Assembly (NCBI GenBank): GCA_034722955.1
Contig: JAYEOM010000103.1
Location: forward strand, 1-33,548
Origin: Campylobacterota bacterium
GTDB lineage: Bacteria > Campylobacterota > Campylobacteria > Campylobacterales > Sulfurovaceae
Reading direction: 5' to 3'
DNA: 33,548 nucleotides
The notes under the pieces were generated by a model, which worked only from the letters and a program-made list of their open reading frames with translations, did no database searches and was not told the DNA's origin. Position 1 is the stretch's first letter. The number at the start of each line of letters is the position of its first letter. The translations under genes were made by a program, and so were the position numbers. This document shows, in pieces, positions 27,559 to 33,548 of the stretch.

Positions 27559-28944
27559 TTATCGTCTTTTTCTTCTTCGATTACTGTTGCGTGCTGATCT
27601 CTTATCCTCTTGATAATTTCCCATCATCTCATCAACCATCTCTTGATCCAAACCGATCCTTGATCCAAGGTTGTTTTGCTCTTGATGCATGATCATAGAT
27701 ATAACCTTTTCTAGCAATAGCGTTTTATCCATATCTGCAATTTCATCTAAGACTTGGTCTATTCCAGGGTGGATTTTACTATTGCGAATCTTATTGGCAA
27801 AGTTATCAACTGATGCTTGATTCAATCCATCACCAGACTCAATAGTAGCGAGTCGCATGTCAGCTCCAACCTCTTTCTGGATGCGCTGCAACTCTCTGAA
27901 CTCTTCAGTAGAGACCAGTGTGATCGCTTGACCGCTTTTGCCTGCACGACCTGTTCTCCCTATACGATGCACATAACTTTGAGGATCAAATGGGATATGA
28001 TAGTTAAAGACATGGCTGACATTTTTGACATCCAATCCCCTGGAAGCTACATCTGTAGCTACCATTATTTTGATCTGCCCTCTTCGATAGCCTCGCATCA
28101 TCTCATCACGCTCTTGCTGCTCCATATCTCCATGCAGACCTTTGGCATTGAATCCCAATGCAGACAGATGCTCACTCAATCTATCAACCTCTCGCTTCAT
28201 TCGACAAAATACGATGCACTTATCAGTATCTTCTGTCTCCAAAAGCTTGACGATCGCTTCATCTCTCTCGTTTTCATTGATAACATAGTATCTCTGCTCT
28301 ATGATATTGTTCACTGTTGCATCCTCTGCACTCACTACAGATATAAACTCTGGATTATATAGAATGCTATCGGCCAACTCTTTGATAGGCTCCGGCATGG
28401 TTGCAGAGAAGAGCAGTGTTTGTCTATTTTGTGGAATATACTCAAATATCTCTTTGATCTCTTCGAGAAATCCCATATCCAGCATCTCATCAGCCTCATC
28501 AAGGATCACAATCTCAGGGTTAAATACATCTATCTTACCTTTTTTATAGAGATCCTTGAGTCTTCCCGGTGTAGCTACAACTATCTGTACACCTTTATGT
28601 ATCAATGCGATCTGTCTCCCATAACCTACACCACCATATACCGTAAGTGTTCGGATACCGGCAAAACGCCCCAGATGATACAACTCATCACTTACTTGTG
28701 TAGCCAACTCTCTTGTAGGTGTGATCACCAAAGCTCTCTCTATTTCACCTTTGGCTATCTTGTCCATCATAGGCAAACCAAAAGCTGCTGTCTTCCCAGT
28801 ACCCGTATGTGCCTGCCCCACCATATCATTACCTGCCGATATGATCGGGATTGCCATCTCTTGGATAGGGCTAGGCTCTTTGAAGCCTGCTATCTTCACC
28901 CCTTTGCGTATATCAGGATGAAAATCAAATTCATTAAATGTCAT
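27559..28944 (-). CDS. DEAD-box RNA helicase (CshA/DeaD-like)
   Basis: Q motif PSPIQ, AHTGTGKT, PTRELA, DEAD, SAT and HRIGRTGRAG. ATG at 28944. Confidence 0.95.
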   Translation of the reverse strand: MTFNEFDFHPDIRKGVKIAGFKEPSPIQEMAIPIISAGNDMVGQAHTGTGKTAAFGLPMMDKIAKGEIERALVITPTRELATQVSDELYHLGRFAGIRTLTVYGGVGYGRQIALIHKGVQIVVATPGRLKDLYKKGKIDVFNPEIVILDEADEMLDMGFLEEIKEIFEYIPQNRQTLLFSATMPEPIKELADSILYNPEFISVVSAEDATVNNIIEQRYYVINENERDEAIVKLLETEDTDKCIVFCRMKREVDRLSEHLSALGFNAKGLHGDMEQQERDEMMRGYRRGQIKIMVATDVASRGLDVKNVSHVFNYHIPFDPQSYVHRIGRTGRAGKSGQAITLVSTEEFRELQRIQKEVGADMRLATIESGDGLNQASVDNFANKIRNSKIHPGIDQVLDEIADMDKTLLLEKVISMIMHQEQNNLGSRIGLDQEMVDEMMGNYQEDKRSARNSNRRRKRR

Positions 28945-29036
28945 TATATACCTTTTATGACGAGAGTCACCTCTCGTGTATGTCCAAAACTGTTTGAACT
29001 TAAGAAAAACCCCCCAAGGAGACTCTATAAACTCAA

Positions 29037-29801
29037 TCAAATCATCAACAGAAGTATAACTCCAAGAACAATCCTATAGATACCAAAAGGGACAAATGTA
29101 AACCTCTGTAAAAAAGCTAAAAATAGCTTAATCGTTAGATAGGCTACTATAAATGCAACAAAAAATCCTGTCAAAAAAGCGATCCAGTTGGCATCTGCAA
29201 AATCCTGATAGTGTTTGAGCAGATCATATCCACTCACGGCAGCCATCACAGGAATAGCCAATAGAAACGAAAACTCTGCACTTGTCTTTCTATCCATACC
29301 TGTCAACAGACCACCGACTATTGTTGCACCTGCCCTACTAGTCCCAGGGATCAGTGAGAAGAGTTGTGCTACTCCTACCCATAGTGCCTGCTTGTAACTC
29401 ACTGACTCTACATCTGTAATATAGCTCTTCTCTTCTCTATAGAAGTACTCTACTATCAAAAAGATAACCCCGCCTATGATAAACATAATCGCTACCACTT
29501 CGACAGAAAATAGTGCTTTGATATGATCTCTGAAGATATATCCAACAGCTCCAAGAGGCAAAAATGCCAATATCAGCTTCTTCCATAGATCAATCTTTGA
29601 TAGTGAAAGTTTATCACGATATATCAGCATGACCGCCAAGATAGCTGCAAACTGGATGATCACCTCATAAGCTTTGATCAGTGCTGTCTCTTCAATCCCC
29701 AAAAATTTACTCGCTACAATCATATGACCTGTAGATGATATGGGCAAAAACTCTGTAAACCCTTCGATGATCCCTATAATTATCGCTTGAAAAATATCCA
29801 A
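29037..29801 (-). CDS. uppP: Undecaprenyl-diphosphatase (BacA)
   Basis: [23 protein letters not shown] and [10 protein letters not shown] motifs. Confidence 0.96.
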   Translation of the reverse strand: MDIFQAIIIGIIEGFTEFLPISSTGHMIVASKFLGIEETALIKAYEVIIQFAAILAVMLIYRDKLSLSKIDLWKKLILAFLPLGAVGYIFRDHIKALFSVEVVAIMFIIGGVIFLIVEYFYREEKSYITDVESVSYKQALWVGVAQLFSLIPGTSRAGATIVGGLLTGMDRKTSAEFSFLLAIPVMAAVSGYDLLKHYQDFADANWIAFLTGFFVAFIVAYLTIKLFLAFLQRFTFVPFGIYRIVLGVILLLMI

Positions 29802-29821
29802 AACTATCCCTTAAATTCGGA

Positions 29822-31591
29822 CTATACCATACTGCTAAAGTAACTGCTATCTTTGTGCATCAACTCTTGTGGTGAACCACTATCGACAACTTCTCCATTC
29901 TCAAGTACATATATCAACTCTGCACTTTTGATCGTACTGATTCTGTGTGCGATCGTGATCACTGTCTTGGGTGCCAAGAACTGAGACAGAGCATCAAAGA
30001 GCTTTGTCTCAGTATGAATATCTAGTGCTGAAGTCGACTCATCCAGTATCACCACTTTTGGATCACTTAGCACCATCCTTGCTATAGCCACACGCTGTCT
30101 CTGGCCGCCACTCAGCTTGATACCATCTTTACCGACCAAAGTATCCAGCCCCTCATCCAGATACTCTACCACCTCATCTAGCTGTGCGATGTGCAGTGCA
30201 TCCAGTACCTCCTCTTCACTATGCTCTCTGCCTAGTGTCAAGTTAAATAGCATTGTATCATTAAAGAGTTTAGGATGTTGCAAGATGAGATGTACATTTG
30301 CCCTGATCGTTGCCAAATCTATCTCACTCTCTGAAATATCACCATATAGTATCTCTCCATCTGTCACAGGGTAGAAGCCTACCAAAATATTTGCCAATGT
30401 AGTTTTACCACTTCCGCTTGCCCCTACCAGTGCAACTTTAGACTGTTTGGGGATAGTAAGAGATACTGATCTGAGTATGGGCTTATCATGAAAGTAAGCG
30501 AAGTTTAAATCTTTGATATCTATAGATACTGCCTCTTTTCCGATGAAAGGATCTCTGCTATCTATCACTTCCGGCTCCCTCTCCATAGCAAAGATCGTAT
30601 TTATGCGTCCGCATGCTGCTCTGGCATTGGCCAGTGCATACTGAAAATTGATGATATCTTGAGTGGGTGTCATCATGATCCAGAGATACCCAAAGATCGC
30701 CAACATCAATCCTACACTGAGATCTGTATATGCTACAGCTAGTATACTTACAGAACGAAAGATCTCATACCCACCCAAAAAGATCAGAAATGAGAAACGA
30801 ATCGCTCTCTCACTTTTGTACCCAAACTCTATAGATGCATCCCTGAGCCTCTCAGCTTGATCACTGATTTGAGAAAAGAAGAACAGCTCTTTATTGGCAG
30901 CTCTGATCTGCTGAAAAAGCTCCAAAGTCTCATTGAGTGATGATTGGAAGATCTCGATTGCACTATTCTCTTTTCGTTTCAGTTTTCCTACATTTCTAGC
31001 AAACTTTGCCGTAAAAAAGACGACTATAGGGTTGGTAATCAAGATAAAGATAGCCAGTTTCCAATTGATCAGCAGCAGTATCACGGCGGTGAAGGTCAGT
31101 GTCAATATAGATATGATAAATTTACTAACTGTCGTTCCGATAAAACTATCTATAGTATTGATATCTGTTACCAGCTTGGATGTCACTGCTCCGGGAGAGA
31201 CCATCTCATACTCTTTGAGAGATACTTTTTTGAGATGCTCTATTGCACTCTTTCTCAATGTATAAGAGATATCTTTAGATATGCCCAGAAAGGTTTTGAC
31301 TTGGACAATATTGAGCAAAAAACTCACTGTACGCATCAGAAGTGTCAAGATAAGAAAAAAGAGAACATATCCGCTCAGTGTCATAACAAACAGATGATCC
31401 CTCACCCAGCCCGTCATCTTGTCGCCTTGATGAAGCAGTAGTTCATCCACCAATATAGGAATAAAGAGTGGTATAACTACCATGATCAGGGTAGCGAGTA
31501 TCGCCACTATATTACCCTTTACCAGTGCCTTTTTATAGTGCAAAGCCTCCTGAAGAATATTTTTGATTGTACATTTTTGGGAATGATACAT
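29822..31591 (-). CDS. ABC exporter, fused TMD-NBD half transporter
   Basis: N-terminal TM helices, then GASGSGKTT, LSGGQRQR, LDESTSALD and IAHR motifs. Confidence 0.92.
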   Translation of the reverse strand: MYHSQKCTIKNILQEALHYKKALVKGNIVAILATLIMVVIPLFIPILVDELLLHQGDKMTGWVRDHLFVMTLSGYVLFFLILTLLMRTVSFLLNIVQVKTFLGISKDISYTLRKSAIEHLKKVSLKEYEMVSPGAVTSKLVTDINTIDSFIGTTVSKFIISILTLTFTAVILLLINWKLAIFILITNPIVVFFTAKFARNVGKLKRKENSAIEIFQSSLNETLELFQQIRAANKELFFFSQISDQAERLRDASIEFGYKSERAIRFSFLIFLGGYEIFRSVSILAVAYTDLSVGLMLAIFGYLWIMMTPTQDIINFQYALANARAACGRINTIFAMEREPEVIDSRDPFIGKEAVSIDIKDLNFAYFHDKPILRSVSLTIPKQSKVALVGASGSGKTTLANILVGFYPVTDGEILYGDISESEIDLATIRANVHLILQHPKLFNDTMLFNLTLGREHSEEEVLDALHIAQLDEVVEYLDEGLDTLVGKDGIKLSGGQRQRVAIARMVLSDPKVVILDESTSALDIHTETKLFDALSQFLAPKTVITIAHRISTIKSAELIYVLENGEVVDSGSPQELMHKDSSYFSSMV

Positions 31592-31692
31592 TTTAACCTC
31601 TATATGTTTAGAACTAATCTTAATTTATCATTCATTATAGCAGAATTTTTATTTTAGACATACTTACATATAAATAATGATATGATAGGATT

Positions 31693-33420
31693 ATGAATCA
31701 AACAACAGCATTAGATATATTAAGATCAGGAGAGAATGTTTTTATCACAGGGTCAGCCGGGACTGGTAAAACTTATCTCCTCAACCAGTTTATAGAGTAC
31801 CTCAAAGAGAGGAGAGTCACCCCTGCTATTGTAGCTCCTACCGGAATAGCGGCTTCTCACTTGAGAGGTCAGACCATTCACTCCTACTTCTCATTGGGTA
31901 TTCGTGACACTATAGACGATGGCTATATAGAGTTTTTGATGGAGAAGAGATATCTAGCAAAGAGATTTTCCAAATTGAAAATCCTCATCATCGATGAAGT
32001 CTCTATGATCTCTCCAGAGATATTCTCATCTATGGATCAGATCCTCAGAGCATTCAAAGGTACTACCCAGCCATTTGGAGGTATCCAAGTTGTACTCTCA
32101 GGAGATTTTTTCCAACTACCTCCTGTCTCCAAAGTTTACAAAGAGAAACGATTTGCTTGGCAATCCCCTGTATGGAGAGAACTCAATCTAAAAACCTCTT
32201 ATCTTGAGAAAAAGTTTAGACAAGTTGATGATAAACTTATCACTGTTTTAGATGAGATACGAAGCGGTCAAGTCTCAAAGATATCTCATGATATATTCAA
32301 CTCCAGATACCATAAAGTGTTAAATATTGACTTTACGCCCACCAAACTCTATACACACAATATCGATGTCGATAGGATCAACGATCAAGAGTTGGCAAAC
32401 TTACCCGGTAGACCTATCTTCTACACCTACGAGTCAAAAGGGAGTCAAAAAAATATCGCTAAGATTTTCAAATCATCACTGGTTTTGGAAGAGTTGACTC
32501 TCAAAAAAGATGCCGTAGTTCTATTTATCAAGAACAGTCCCGAAAAAGGCTATATAAATGGAACAACGGGTATCGTCACAGGATTCGATCCAAATGACAA
32601 TATGCCCATAGTAAAGATCTCATCAGGGAGGCGTATCAAGCTCGAACAGGAGGATTGGTCTATCGAAAATGATAGTGGAACTATCATCGCCACAATCTCC
32701 CAAGTCCCCTTGAGACTGGCATGGGCTATCACCATCCACAAATCCCAAGGTATGACACTCGATGCAGCAGAGATAGACCTCACCAAGACCTTTGAAGCTG
32801 GACAGGGGTATGTAGCTCTCTCTCGTATCAAAACTATCGAAGGGTTGAGACTCATGGGGTTGAATGATATGGCATTGAGAGTTGACCCACTGATCCTGCA
32901 TATAGATGACCGTATCAAGATGGCTTCCCAGAGAGCTGCTGACGAGATAGTGAAGATGAGCAAAAGATCTCTTGAGATACTATCTACAGATCACATAGAG
33001 AGTTTGGGAGGCATCACCGACAAGATTCAGATCGAAGCTGAGAGAGAGAACTTAAAAAATGGGAAAGTATCAGTAGAGAGCTACCGCACTCCAACACAGA
33101 TAAAAACAAAACATCTCATCGAAAAGTCAAAAGATATTTTAGAGTTGGCAAAGATGAGAGGTTTGAGCAAATCAACGATCATCCAACATTTAGGTATCTT
33201 GAGAGAGGCGGATGAGAGTTTGGATTTGGAAAAGTTCAAGCCAGATGAAGAGATCTTCAGAGCGGTGCGAGATGAGGTAGTGAAGTTAAAGTCAAAGAGT
33301 AGTGCAGAGGATTTCAGTGATGATGGTCGCTTGAGGCTGAAACCTATATTTGACGCTATGGATGGCGAAGTTAGCTATGATGACATACGGATCTCTTTGC
33401 TGTTTCTAAAAGAGGTATAG
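31693..33420 (+). CDS. Pif1/RecD-like SF1B helicase with C-terminal HTH
   Basis: TGSAGTGKT, IIDEVSM, PFGG..V.LSGDFFQLPPV and PLRLAWAITIHKSQG motifs; C-terminal ELAKMRGLSKSTIIQHL and LKPIFD segments. Confidence 0.9.
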   Translation: MNQTTALDILRSGENVFITGSAGTGKTYLLNQFIEYLKERRVTPAIVAPTGIAASHLRGQTIHSYFSLGIRDTIDDGYIEFLMEKRYLAKRFSKLKILIIDEVSMISPEIFSSMDQILRAFKGTTQPFGGIQVVLSGDFFQLPPVSKVYKEKRFAWQSPVWRELNLKTSYLEKKFRQVDDKLITVLDEIRSGQVSKISHDIFNSRYHKVLNIDFTPTKLYTHNIDVDRINDQELANLPGRPIFYTYESKGSQKNIAKIFKSSLVLEELTLKKDAVVLFIKNSPEKGYINGTTGIVTGFDPNDNMPIVKISSGRRIKLEQEDWSIENDSGTIIATISQVPLRLAWAITIHKSQGMTLDAAEIDLTKTFEAGQGYVALSRIKTIEGLRLMGLNDMALRVDPLILHIDDRIKMASQRAADEIVKMSKRSLEILSTDHIESLGGITDKIQIEAERENLKNGKVSVESYRTPTQIKTKHLIEKSKDILELAKMRGLSKSTIIQHLGILREADESLDLEKFKPDEEIFRAVRDEVVKLKSKSSAEDFSDDGRLRLKPIFDAMDGEVSYDDIRISLLFLKEV

Positions 33421-33424
33421 TTAA

Positions 33425-33548
33425 GGCTACCCCAAGGAGATAAACACACAAATAGAAGTCACCAAGAGGGTAAGATTTGCAAAATATAATTCGTAGGACT
33501 AGCCATAGCTAATTGGAGAATTATATTTTGTGAAGATTGCCCTCTTGG
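33425..33548 (+). mobile_element. Second long copy of the structured repeat (31-bp end + hairpin module B), truncated by the window end
   Basis: Follows TAA at 33422-33424; 120/124 nt identical to the reverse complement of 127-250. Confidence 0.8.

Noticed and set aside
29012..29022. CCCCAAGGAGA match to the repeat core after uppP
   Set aside because: Only 11 bp, and it lacks the GGCTA and TWA terminus.
23954..31441. Long antisense ORFs (e.g. 23954-24607, 28420-29079, 30944-31441)
   Set aside because: Shadow frames of well-supported minus-strand genes.
1..33548. Whole window as a composite transposon bounded by inverted repeat copies
   Set aside because: The content is core housekeeping genes; assembly breaks at a multi-copy repeat are a simpler explanation.
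31693..33548. Pif1-like helicase plus hairpin as a Helitron-like element
   Set aside because: No HUH/Rep domain, and a near-identical repeat copy follows an unrelated TRAP gene.

Overview
Mostly housekeeping DNA from a Campylobacterota bacterium, probably Sulfurovum/Sulfurimonas-like (inferred from gene content and protein style). It carries a fused TRAP DctQM, an L,D-transpeptidase, ubiX-coaD-tmk-hisS, yebC, an ABC-F ATPase, a cytochrome c cluster with a DccRS-like two-component system, trxC, an HDAC-family protein, msrA, a haem-sensor GGDEF-EAL protein, oadGAB-pckA, a DEAD-box helicase, uppP, an ABC exporter and a Pif1/RecD-like helicase. An AT-rich two-gene glycan cassette lies at 7306-11816. 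The most unusual signal is non-coding: a dispersed repeat family with a 31-bp end, GGCTACCCCAAGGAGATAAACACACAAATAG, always preceded by TWA. The long copies at both window ends carry ~100-nt hairpin modules whose ~37-bp arms are unrelated in sequence but whose 25-nt apex is conserved, with G-U wobbles on the strand carrying the apex motif. Shorter solo ends occur at 3565, 19604 and 22376. No transposase is visible. All calls come from reading motifs by eye; no searches were run.
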